Assembly: GCA_951406725.2 (NCBI GenBank)
Contig: OX597831.1
Span: forward strand, 51,956,001 to 52,020,000
DNA from: Octopus vulgaris
Taxonomy: Eukaryota
Direction: 5' to 3'
Length of the DNA stretch: 64,000 nt
The notes under the pieces: model-generated
Database searches by the model: none
The model's input: the letters and a program-made list of their open reading frames with translations, nothing else
Told to the model about the DNA's origin: nothing
Program-made: the position numbers and the translations under genes
Shown here: one piece after another, positions 30,101-44,100 of the stretch
Numbering within the stretch: position 1 is the stretch's first letter
Layout: every line of letters begins with the position of its first letter

Positions 30101-33100
30101 TCAACCCACGGAATTTTGAAAGAAGTTTCTATAAAACTCATTTTTAAACATCAAATGACCAAGAGGGTTAACCAGAACAAAATAATCAAAGGGGTCCATA
30201 GATTGAAAATGGTTGAGAAACACTAGTTTAGACAAACAGAACCCCAGTACTTATTTTTTAAAAAGTCAATTGCTAAGTTACAAGGAATTAAACAAACCAA
30301 CACTAGTTGTCAAATGGTGGAGGGGGGGGCATAAAAGACACACATATACAACAGGCTTCCATACAGTTTCTATCTATCAAATTCATTCTCAAGGCACTGG
30401 CTAGCCTAGAACCATAGCAGAAGACACGCAGTGGGACTGAACCCAAAAACAAATGATTGCAAAGCAAGCTTTTCAATCGCACAGCCATGTCTGTATTTTA
30501 TACATTATATTAGCAGTGTTGAATTATATGAGACAAAGTGTTTGGATTAATTTGGACACTTCTGGCAATAAAATCTATTAATTCTCTACAGCTTCATTTC
30601 ACGACAGTAAAGTATTATACAGATCTGAGAGAGAGACACATAACAGACAGACAGAGATATGAGTTGGAATGCCATTGGTCACAGGTGTGCAAAACTACAA
30701 TAACAGATGCCAATATTTTTCAGTCACAACAACGCTTTTTCATTTATTTGGCTGCTATTTAACAACTTGAATAAAAAACAAATAGTTACCAAATTAAAGA
30801 TAATCAAAAACATTATAGTAATTAGCTCTATATCTACTAGCAATTGAAGTAAATACCAGTAATATATTTGGATTGCATTGATTGTCCAACCCGCCAGAAA
30901 TAGTAGCCAAACTTCCTTTACATTGTACCTTAGTTTTAAAAAGTATATTTTAAATAATGAAGTCCTAGATGGTGCCTGGATAAAGGATGGCATGTTGACA
31001 GTGGAAACACTTTTAATCACAGGTCTGCTCTACCAGATGCTGAGCTGCAGTTCAACAATAATAATAAAGTTGATAACATAAAGGTAATGCTTTAGAGAGA
31101 GAGAGAGAGAGATATGCATTTGAATTGAGTGCTAAATCCATAGAACCCAAGCCATTTGGAAGGAGAGTTTTATACTGTAATACATTGCAGTAAGCATGTC
31201 TGTGTGGTAAGAAGCTTGCTTCCCAACCACATGGTTCTGGGTTCAGTCCCACTGTCTGACACCTTGAGCAAGTGTCTTCTACTACAGCTTTGGACCAACC
31301 AAAGCCTCCTTGGATTTGGTAGACAGAAAATGAAAAGAAGCCTGATGTGTGTGCGCATGTGATCACCACTTGACAGCTAGTGTTGGCTTGTTTGCATCCC
31401 TGACTTAGCAGTTAAGAAATCCATAAAACAAGTACCAGGCTTTAAAAAAAGTACTGGGATTTGTGCGTTCAACTAAAAGCTCTTCAAGGTGGTACCCCAG
31501 CATGGCCACAGTCATGTAAAAAGTTTACAAATCTCTCTTTTTTATATAACATCTACTATGACACATCTAAGTAAATATAACTCGAAGAACCCTCCCTCCC
31601 TTGCCCAGACATATGACCTGGTAATAACAAATACCTACAACTAAACAATAATTACAAGAGTGTCATAATCTAACAAAAAAAAGAAAAAAGTAAAGAAGCT
31701 TAACAAATATCTATAAACACAATCTATGCTTTATCATAATCTTGCTCAGTTGCTTGACAACAGTAATAAAATTTGTTTCACATCTAGAGTGGCTCTCACT
31801 GCTCAGCATTATTAATAAATTTGTAATCATACTACTTAATTTCGAATGATCATGAAAACCTCACCCTCAATTAACTCTAAATATACTTATTTTCGGATTT
31901 TTTCTGTAGATGTCACAGTTTTCTATTTTGTTTTTTAATTGCATTCCAATTGTTTTCAAATTTGGTGTACCAATTCAGTTTTGTAGATTAATTATGAAAA
32001 TGAAATTCATTTTTGCCATAAATTAATAAATAAAAAGTTAATAGCTTTTTTAAAGTTTGCAAATTTCAGGTAATTTTAGCCAATCAAAAGTCAGACACAT
32101 TGGGGCCTATTTCCATAGTAACAAACAAAGTTGTAGTCTGCTTAAACTACCACCACATGTATTTTCTTTGAGAGGGCCTATTTTCTAGACCTTTGTACTT
32201 CCTTTACGTTATTTTTCACCTCCATTGTTTTGAGAAACATATTTTCAATTGCTGTTCTATCACTACCTCATTTTCAGAATTCTGAACTGTTTTTTTTTTT
32301 TTCTGGACCTTTTCAACCTAAAAACAAGTATGATTGCAGCTAACTAATTTCACCTTTCAAGTATGATGGAGAAAGTGAAAACCAAAGTTTCTTACTTCCA
32401 AAAGAAGGGCGTTATCCCTAAAAGAAAACTGTGTAAAGAGAGACTCACCACCGCATGTATGTTCTTTTAGCCTATGTAATTTCCTCAACAATGAGCCAAA
32501 CCCTAAACCCAGTCCTGACATAGCTTTTATTTGTAATTTTTCTCAAAAAATTCTCTTGAGGATTTTTCCTTTTCAAATTATTTACATACCTGTTTGACCA
32601 TTTCATGACTTTATGTATTAAAATTTATTAAAACTTCATAACTTTTGTCGTTATAATGTTTTACTTCTTCCAAATCCTGTTTTCTGAGTGGGTAGCAATT
32701 ATCAAATTTTAAACCTCTGTAACACATTTTTATATCCTTGTATTGGATACATACTATAAGGAAGCAGAGGGGAAGAAAGTATATACATGACGCACTACTA
32801 TTACATGAGACTCAACAATCTATATCCAAGGCTCACAGTGAACTGCTACCAACATGAACTACCAATCGCTGACAGTTCTTTGTTTTATAACAATGAGTCA
32901 GTCCACCTAAGTCACTTGGGGATGGTCAGAACCCTTCCACAATTTAAAAAACATTTTTCCAGAATAAATGAATAACAAATCCAGATTCAGCATGGAAAAT
33001 TTCAGCAATATACCAAATTTGAAAATTTTCCCTTGATTTTAAAATTTCAAAATCTGTGACAGCAACAGAAAAGACCCATATTTCCAACTAAATTTCTCAT

Positions 33101-36100
33101 TAGGCCTGTCTATGTCTCCAAATCTTGAATGACTGATCACTTGTCCTTGTCAAACCTGTGCCAATAACAGATGAACTGGTACTATAGAAGTTCGGAATAG
33201 CATAGTATATTCTCATGAATGAATTTGATTAGATGGAAACTGTGTGGAAGCCAGTTTCCATGTGTATGTCTTTATGCCTTCCGCTGCCTGAGAACTAATT
33301 TTGGTCTATTTATATTCCCTATCACTTAGCAGCTCAGCAAAAGATACTAACAGAATAAATACCAGATTTTAAAAATATAAGTATTAGGGTTGATTTGTTT
33401 GACTAAACCCAAGGTGGTCTCCCAGCCTGGCCACAATTTAATAACAAACAAATAAAAAAAAAAAGGGGGGGGGTATAAAATAAAAATCAAAAATTAAACT
33501 AAAATACCACTTAGTTAGTGGTTTCATATTAATCTGCATAAACTAAATTTTAGCAAAATAAATTTATAGGAACACATACATACAGACTGCATGCATCTAG
33601 AAATGTTTGCTTGTATTATTTTTTTAATAATTTGGATATTTGTGTACAAAATAAAGTTAATGTTTTTACCACTTATGTTCATTCTACAAGAATACATGAT
33701 AGCTACTTCTCAACAGTAAATGTTAAATGTGTATAGTATCTATTTTGCAGCTAAACAAAAATCTACTAGCAGAGTTAATATGTCTTGTGTAATTAAACTT
33801 GTATTTGCAGTCAGTAGTCATAGGTTTTGTTCAATATTTCAAACTCACAGACCTACTGAAGCTATTTATGTAAATGTACATATTTGCAACAACAGCAAGC
33901 CAAAAAGTCAGCTTTGTTGTTGAATAGCAGTGAAGTAGGTGATCAAACAGTTGGAAACAAGTGCATTTATTCCAATTTTGGGAAAAAATGGAGTGTAAAA
34001 GAAAAACAAAATATCATCTGTCAGTAAAAAAAAATCTATTATTTCTATCAATTAACTGTCCTTAAAGTCATTTACACAAAAATTACTATCTTATAGACAG
34101 AGAGGAGCGAAAGGAAGCCTTTATATGGTCGTTTGACCTGCTAGATATAGCAACCAAATTTCCTTTGAATTACACACGCACAACAAAAGGATATATTAGA
34201 TAATGTAGAGTTAAATACATTATACACTGAAATAAAATGTATTGTCATGGCTGAAACACTTTCTATCAAAGGTCTACTGAATCAAGGTAGACTTGTGCCT
34301 AAACAACAAGAGTGGCCAGAAAGGAGGCTGGTATTACAGAGAACAAAATTGTTTGGAAAGCATTTTCTGTATCATGCACAATTACAGAATGAAGTTTTGA
34401 TTTCGGTTCAAGTAGAAAATTGATAAAATTAGTACAAGTACTAGATACACTGAAGATGATGCACCCAGCTGTGCTCTTCTTTTTGTGATTCCCTAATTAA
34501 AGCAAATAATATCCTCCTCATTCATCATCAAAAACAACCCTAATGTTACAGTGAAACTGTCAATCTACAAAAAGCACAAAGGTACTTAACTGCTTGCACA
34601 ACTAATCCCTATTTACATTTATCATCCATATAACCACCTTCCTCCCATCTCCTGTCTGTGCTGACCTGAGGAGAAAAACAGGAGGCAGCTGGCAAGAGAA
34701 GGCATTAGAAGTGACAAAAGATGTGTCCAGCAGAGAAATAGTCTACAGACACTTTCTATTGTTACAATTAGCTGACAGCTCTAACAAACTCTAATAACAC
34801 TGCAGGAGTAAGACAGGGCATGAAATGGATGATAGGTAGGAGAGGGGAAGTGCAGTGTTGCAGTTGTCATTAGAATATCTCATGGTTCTCTAAAATTGAG
34901 CATGAAAAGAAGATGTAAGTCACATAAGAAAACAAACAAGGATGATTTAAAAAAAGTATAAGTATCAAAATAAGGAATTCATAGAACAGTGAATCGTTTA
35001 ATAAACAATTACTTCATCAAATTTTGTATTGTTTCAAATCATTAAGAGGCTATGACATTTTAAGTAATAAGAGGTAATTTTCTCTCCCCATCCTCACTAA
35101 AAGATACCAATTATGAAAAGAGTAGACGACTAAACGAGCTAACACTGACTTATTGGCCATACTGACAAAGAAATTAGTCAATAGTTTTTGTAGTCATACA
35201 TTCCAAATAACATGATACTGAATAATGATGTACAAAAGTGTTCTACAATTTTTATTTTATGAGTCCCACAGACCTTAAAATATATTGATACTGAATGTTC
35301 ATTCTGTAAAACTGTCTTGTACATTGTGGCTGCTCTTGAGCATAGTAACCCTTGGTTTTGTGAATTGGAAACCAGGAACCCTTTGCTTCAATAGTTGTCA
35401 CAATGACTATCAAATGTTCATTTCTTACACATTAGTTGCAGAACACAACAAATTCATAGCTTAAACCACCACACATAAACGTACAAGAACAATGCTAGAA
35501 AAATCATTCTTTGAGATTAACCGGCTTCATATAACCAAAACAGGCTAATTACTTCAGTTCCTACATTCCAAATTCAAATCCCACAGTATTTCATTCTTTC
35601 AAGGTAGAGATACTAGTCATATAGCCCAAACAGCACTTCTTCACAACAGAACAACTAAACCTTTATCCAAAACACAAATATGCCTCACTGACTAATACAT
35701 ACAGTTTAGGCACCATCTATCTCCATGCAATACAGGCACTAGAAATCTTGACCTAAATACCTCACAAAAGATTAAATAATAGCAAGATAAAACACCCAAT
35801 TGCACCAAATGCTGACTTTATAAAATTACAACTGACACAAGTCACAGAATAGTAACTTGGTGGCAGAGTGTTTACAAGATATGTGAAATTCAGAAGAGAA
35901 CATAACTACCTATATAGATACACACAAGCAAAAATATTAGATGGCATGTATGGAGCACTAAAGAAAAAAAGAAGAAAAAAAAGAAAACCTGCAATTCTCA
36001 TATCCCAAATATATTCAGCTTTATTTGAATGATTACAGAAGCAACAAGCTAATCTATCAAAGTTAATGGAATAAAACAAAAGTGAATTTAGTTTCTTGGA

Positions 36101-39100
36101 AATGTGGAGAAATACTTCAATTCCTTAAGAAAAGTAGCCTTTAATAGGTGAACAGTTGGTTTTATTATATAGTCATAGCTCAGTCCCAGCTAAGTAGATC
36201 TATGATGAAAAAAAAAAACAACCTTTTTCCTCCAAATATTGTAAGGCTATGTATCCTTATAATCCAATGTATCCATCATTGTCTCAAAAGAAGTAGTGGT
36301 AACATTACTCCAACCACACACCTTCCTACTCTCTGGAAGTGGACAAACAACAATTGTGGTTGAGCTTACAGTACCCTGGGAGGACAGAGTTGACATTTCT
36401 CACCAACTAAAGAAAACAAATATCAGGACTTGGTTAATGAGGTTTTTCTCAAACGATGTCGTGCTAGATTGGTCTGGAACCCAAACGACTTAAAAAAAAA
36501 AAAAAAAAGGCACCAAGAAAAAAGGCATGGCAGCTGAAACCAGCTCAAGGTGATTGTGATTGGCAAGAGAGCTCAAGGTTGCGGTTGACACAGGTGAAAC
36601 CCTTCTGCAGGCAAAAAGTAATGTAGCCCTTGGTGCCTGTTCAGGCAAAGTATAGACTAAAAGGCAAAATCCTTGTGACCCAGAGATACCTGCTGATGAT
36701 ACAGAAGGGTTTTTGATATAGCGATGAATTAAGAAGAAATTCTGATACCTCTGAGTAGTTCCTACACTTTCTGTGTGGGGTAAAGCATCTCCAACATTCA
36801 CTTCAGCTATAAAGTAAGAAAGGATACTCTAGACGATTACAGGTAAGTTCACCACCATCAATCTACTGCAGGAAATGCTCACCACAAGTTTACCAAGAAA
36901 ATATATCCATAGTATCTCACCATTAATAGTTAAAATCTATTTTATTGAAAAAAGAAAAAAAAAAGGTGAATTGATGATGGTGAACTTAACAAATATGGCC
37001 CTGGTCACCATATTTTGAACAAGATACTCAACACTCTTTATAAACAAAACACTGATGATAGAAATGACACTTTCAGTATTGATTACTTTCAATAATCACA
37101 TCAGTTTGAAACTGAACCCATGACAGAATGTGTGCAATATGAATATTTTCAAAATTGAAAGAATTTATTGTATGAAAGAGACTCGTTTCCTTTGTCAAGT
37201 TTTAGATTTCATATCAAATTTCTAAAGCAATTCTTTGAACTCTCTAACACAAGAATCTATCTCTGATGTGCTGAATTCCACTTCATCACAATACAACACT
37301 ATCTCTCCAAATAACACAACATACCAAAAGAACCTATAGAAGAAACAATAACACTATTAGTCGGTTTGAACATAGCTGAGCAGAACATTGAGAAAACCAC
37401 AATCTTTTGTGACACTCATTGCTTTCAGCTTTATCTCTCTGCAATCAACAACAAGACTATTTTAATTAATCTTCAAAAAGAGCAGATGCAGGTATTTAAC
37501 ATTTGTCAGTTACCCAAGAACTTCAAACCTATCTCTCATTCAGAGATTTACATTCAAGCAATAGTAATCATGAGTGATGAGATTAATGACATAACTACAC
37601 AGTGGGAAGTAAAATAGTGGAAGTATAAAAGTAAAGAACATCTCTTTGAGAAGAGTACTGGTCTCTCAACAGGTACCACTCGTAACTAGATTGTTTACTT
37701 CACGTTCTTTTAGTGGTTTCAATCATTAGAGTGTGGCAATGATGTGGCAACACATGCTTATAGCTGATTACATTCACCCAGTACTTATTTTATCATGCTC
37801 ACAAGGATGAAAGGCAAAGTGGACCTAGATAGGAGTTGAACTCAAAATGCAACCAAATGCCACAAAGTATTTTGCTCCATGTGTTACTGATTCCATCATT
37901 CACTCATCGAGAAAAATGATTTTAAAACTGTTTTAATCCAAACATATTCCCAGAAACATACTACCAAACAAACTATATGGAGAGAGGTCAGTATAGCATG
38001 CTGAACTAGGAAACTAAGTAGAATACATGAAGCAGCACTTTAGCCACAGTGCACCATACACTGGCACTTTGTCAGTTATGAAGATGAGGGTACCAGTTGA
38101 TCCAATCAATGGAACAGCCTGATTGTGAAATTAATGTGCAAATGGCTGAGCACTCCACAGACACATGTACCCTTAATGCAGTTCTCTGGGAGGATTCGGA
38201 TGACACAAAGTGTGACAAAACTGGCCCTTTGTAATACAGGTACTATTCATTTTAGCCAGTTGAGTGAACTACAGCAACATGAAATAAAGGGTCTTGCTCA
38301 AGGACATGTGTTGCCAGGAATTGAACTCATGACCTTATGACCATGAGCTGAATACCCTAACCACTAAGCCATGCACCTTTATGCATCATAGTAGATGGTT
38401 CAAATATCAGCACAACAAAATGAAGCAGATCTTAGAAAAGAGGCAACAGATATGATTTGTTTGCAAAAAAAAATGGAAAATAGTTAAAACTAGGTTGAAT
38501 CGAATAAAATTAAGACAAGATAGAAGTGACCCAAAAAGTAGGTGGTGATTTCAATAGGGGCCACTTGGCCTACTAGAAATAAGTTAATTTCTTCAAATCA
38601 CACTCTACTGTCTTTAAAAATAAAGGAATGACAACTGGGTTGAGACTGAGGAACAACATGAAACAAAACAGAGACTATATTTCAATTAGATTACACAATA
38701 GAGGAATACAATAGAAACATTTGATGCAGCCACTGTAACTAGAGCCTGTATGTGAATAAACACAATAAAATATCACATCCATCTGAAACAAACTGCAAAT
38801 AAAGAATCAGCTGTCAGAACATTTGATAATGCCCCATAAAATATTTTAACAATACAAGCATTAATATCAGAATTACGTTTTTTTTTTGTTTTTTTTTAAT
38901 AAGGTAATAAAATCATATAAGCTAGAACCAAAAAATATAGTACATACAGCAAAACCAAAAAAATATATGAAATGAGATGAACTGTTAAAAAAAAATAAAA
39001 GAACTTAAAATTGAAACCTGTGTTTGCAAATGAGTATTTCACACATACAAGGTTCAGGTGTATCTGTGTGGTAAGAAGCTTACTTCCCAACCACATGGTT

Positions 39101-40987
39101 CTGGGTTCAGTCCCACTGTATGGCACCTTGGGCAAGTGTCTTCTACTATAGCCTTTTGAGTGGATTTGGTAGATGGAAACTGAAAAAAGCCTGTCATATG
39201 AGTGTGTATGTTTGTCCTCCACCACTGCTTGACAACCAGTGTTGGTGTGTTTGCATTCTCGTAATTTAGCAATTCAGCTTAAGAGACCAATAGAATAAGT
39301 ACTTTGCTTAAAAAAGAAATAAGTACTGGGGTTGATTGATTTGACTAAAAATTCTTCAAGGTGATTCCCCAGCATGGCTGCTGTCTAATGACTGAAACAA
39401 GTAAAAGTCAAATGATACACACATTGCTGTAGAAAATCTACCTCAACAAAATCTGTCTGACCCATGCAAGCATGGAAAAACTGAATGTTAAATGATGCTG
39501 TTGATACATATTATCCTGGTTTTAGACTAGGTATACTGTAATGCTTGTATAATGAGAAAGTCAATTACAAAGACTGGCATCAGGAAAGGCATCCAACTGC
39601 TAAGCATACCCACAAGAAGGAAACCATGATGAGTATAATAAGAAGGCAGTCATGGTGTCTCTAAGGCTAAGCCCTACTTTAATACATATTACACAAATAC
39701 AGAAATTTGATATTCCCTAAATACAGAACTGACTTTTGAGACCTACAATTTAAAGGATTAAATTGGATTTCACTTGAAATAAGACGTTCTTTATATAACC
39801 TAAAAATAGAGTGATAGGAAGATATGCTTTTCTTGAGAAGTATGAGAAACCCGAGTTCAGTGAAATAGTTTACTTGCCAATGATTAGTAAAAGTGAGACC
39901 TTGAATGAAGGTTCCAATTTATGAGGAACACAAGTAGCTGAGGTATTCATGCCTTTCCAAAAGGTTGGGCACAATGCAGTTATGGAGGCACTCAGATGTC
40001 TGCAGTGGCATATATAAGTAAATATGAAAGAAGGTACATTTTGAGTGAGTAAATGTTGATGCTGAAAGGTACTGAGCAGTGGTACCAAAGATTAGGGAGT
40101 TGGGGGTAGAGAGGATGATGTCAGAACCAAAATTAAAGGAGACATACAAAGAAACATTCTATGTAGCATCATCTCACATCTCAATATTTAAAACAAGGAT
40201 TTTTTCTTCTTTTTTTTTAAAATCATAACAGACAGTATTTAGTTATGGTCACTTTACATCATGAGCTCAAATCCTACCTAGTTCAACTCTGCTTTCATCC
40301 ATTCAAGGCCAATAAAAGACCTATCAGTCAAAAATTAGATTTAGGTTAAATCACTACATGCTTGTCCTCAGAAAGGTATACATTTAAAAATAAGTATCTA
40401 AAGTTTTATTGTTACAGTTTGTTTACGTAACTATGGAAAAATTGAACACTATTAAAGATTTATGTTATACTCAGTAGCGTAACTGGGGAGGGGGCACATA
40501 CCCTGGGCACCAATTGAAGTGGGGCGCAGAATTGACCCATGATATGATAAGCTTGAACTCCATTTATAAAATTGCAATTGTAAGTATGGATTTCCAGCAT
40601 ATCGTTTTATGCTGTTATTGAAGGAAAATTCAATATGATGGCTGTCTACATTCATGTCTAGACATTTTTACAAAGGGTGTCAAAGAAGGCTTTGCAAAAG
40701 TAAACATTCAAAAAATTTATATTTTGAATTACAGGCTGTACTGAACCGGCAGGTAAATGAACCCCCTGGTAAAGTATTTATTCCTAAAATATTGCTTTAA
40801 AACATTAATTACTTGTAACAAATAAGTACTATATAATATCATGGATTTTGTAATTGGTGGGGAAGGGGGGGGGGCGCATTTTTGCAGCTTGCCCTGGATG
40901 CAGTTTACCCTAGCTACGCTACTGGTTATACTCTATGTAAGAAAGTTGAAGGACACATTTTAAACTAAAAGATTGCACATATATCTA

Positions 40988-41039
<52 letters not shown>

Positions 41040-41053
41040 TATATCTATCTATC

Positions 41054-41107
<54 letters not shown>

Positions 41108-41109
41108 TA

Positions 41110-41140
<31 letters not shown>

Positions 41141-44100
41141 ATATATATATATATATACACACACATATATATATAATGTATCATCATCATTGATTTAACA
41201 TTTACTTTTCCTTGCTGGCATGGATCAGATAAAAGTACATTTTCTGCTTCCTTGTAAGGTAAGAATCTCCCAATCTACTGAACAACAAATAGCCCAGACA
41301 TGGTTTCAAGGAGAACTGGAAACAAATAACATTGTTTGAATGAGACTTGTTTACAAAGATCACATAACATCTCAAGGAAACCAGATGTGCTTTCGATGCA
41401 GCCTGCATTGTTAGTGTGAATGCAAGGGTCATTGTTTACAACCACTGAACACATGAAGGTCAACAGAAATACAAACTTAGAAATACACAACAGGATGCTT
41501 CCACTTTCCTCCTACTGAATCAGCCCAGGGTTAGAGAAGGCACTTGTTGAATGTGCCCACAATGGGACTGAACACAAAACCTTGTGGTTAGGAAGTAAAC
41601 TTTTAACCATAGAGCCATGTCTGCACCTACAAAATGTGTGTTTCAGAAACCACATCTCAAAAGGGTAGTTTTAATACTTTGTTCATGGAGACAATGGGAT
41701 CAAATGCAACCACATGCACTTTTCTCTATAAAAAATAAAATATAGTATATGATTTTTTAAAGATTTACCAATGTAGTCATGCTGTAGTAGAATATTATAA
41801 ATAGATTGTCTTCAGTACTTTATCATAGTAAACATGATTTAAGTTTTATAAATAACTCTCCAAGTAGAAGTGGTGACAATTGTATCATCATCACATGCAC
41901 AGACTGAAGTTGTTGAGGCAGAATTTCTACAACTGATGCCCTTCTTCTCACTAACTCTCACCTGTTTCCAAGTAAGATAGTAGTACCCTTACAGAAATAT
42001 TACCTTACTTGCAATCATTCATTCTAACAAGGTGTCCAGTCCAATGTAACCGGTGTTTGTGCACCATCACCTCAATACTCAGAATATCAGCTTTCCTCAG
42101 GACCTGTGTATCTAGAGTTTTTTAAAGTCCAGCCAACATTCTGAATGTCTCTCAGTCATCTCTGATGGAAGCATTCAAGGACATTTGTAAAGAGTCCATG
42201 TCTCACATGAGTAAAGGAGCAATGTTAGTACACATGCACGGTACACAGCAATTTTTGTTCGCCTTGTGATGCCATACAAGGACTAGACATGAGACTGAAG
42301 AGACTGGAAGGAATCAGTTGCTCTCTGCAGCCTAAAAGATATTTCATCATCCAGGGAGCAAGAACAGCTGAGTGTGCTGCCCAGGTAGACAAACTTGTCG
42401 ACTATTTTCAGTATTGTTCCTTTAACTAAGATAGCTGGTTCCATCCACATTGTGGTTTCCTGGTGCAAGCTGGAACATTACAGCAATCTTGTCTAGGTTA
42501 ATGCCAAGGCCAAATGCCTGGCAAGAAGCAGAAATATAATTCACAAGTATTTGCATATCATCCACTGTATTAGTGACTAAGTCACAGTCATCTGCATAAA
42601 GGAGATCATAAATAAGAGTTTGGAAAACTTTTGAATTGGCAGCAAATCGATGCGGGTTAAAAAGACATAAATACACACATGTATATTTACTCACATACTC
42701 ACACAAGTTACTTTCAGTTTACATCTATCAAATCCACTCATATGATTTTGGTCAACCTGAGGCTCCTGAAGAATATACTTGCAAATGGTCCCATGCTGTG
42801 GCACTGAATCTGAAACCATATGGTCAGGAAGTAAACTTCTTAACCATACAGCAACATCTGTGCCTATCAAAAGATATTAAATGCAAGAACTCTGTCCTCC
42901 TCCTCATACTACATAAACTGATTCCAGTTTATGATCTTTTTGAAATGATCTTTGCTCACATGGACTGCCACTAGTTTTTTTTCTTTATTTGCAGAATCTG
43001 TACATTAAACAAAATGCCTTGAGGTGTTAATTACATTACGTTTATTCATGTTTCACATTCAAATTTTGTTTGGATTGGCTTTGCTTGTCATCCTTTTAGA
43101 ATGAATAAGAATCAAGAAAGTAATGGAATTCATTTAATAGAGTATTCTCTCATCACAAATTTGTTTCCCTGTGCCAATGCCTGAAATCAACATCATCATT
43201 ATTATTATTGTTGTTGTTTTCATTGTTGAAAGGAATAAATGTGAAGTTTACTCGAATGGGATCTGAACTAAAAACATATGAACACAAGGATGTACTAGCA
43301 AGTATTTAGCCTGGCACTATTATTTCTACCAATTATTATTATTATTATGACTAGCTAGCAGAATTGTTAGCATAATTAGTAGCATTTTGCCTGTCTTTAT
43401 GTTCTGAGTTCAAATTTTGCTGAGGTTGGCTTCACCGTTCATCCTTTCAGGGTTGATGAAATAAGTACCAGTTAAGCACTGGGGTCAATGTAATCAACTA
43501 TCCTCTCCTCAAAATTTTCAGGCCTTGTGCGTATAGTAGAAAGGATTATTATTATTATCATTACTAAGGAAGCAGTGAGCTGGCAGAATCATTAGCATAC
43601 CAGGCAAAATGCTTAGCAGCATTTCATCTGTCTTTACACTCTGAGTTCAAATGCTGCTGAGATTGACTTTACCCTTTATCCTCTCAGGGTCAATAAAATA
43701 AGTACCAGTTGAGTACTGGAGTCGATGTAATCAACTTACCCACTCTCCTGGAATTGCTGGCTTTGCACCAAAATTTGAAATCATTATCATCATCATCCTT
43801 GATACAATAAAGTGTTCCCTGAGGATTTGTTGTGCATCTCTATGCATTTGGAACAACTGTTGCAGGGCTCCAAACAACCACAATGGTGAAATGTGTGTAG
43901 AAAATTTAATATAAACTTGTGTCTATCCTTATTTTCCTTACATTTGCTCTGTAGTCATATGTGGTAATACTGCTCAGTATAGTAGTTAATGAATAAGAAT
44001 AGAGAAAGCAGAATGGATTATGAAAATCTATGTGGAGTGCTAAACATAACAGTTGCAGCATAATTTCTACCACTGTTATCATCAAGGCAGTGAGCTGGCA

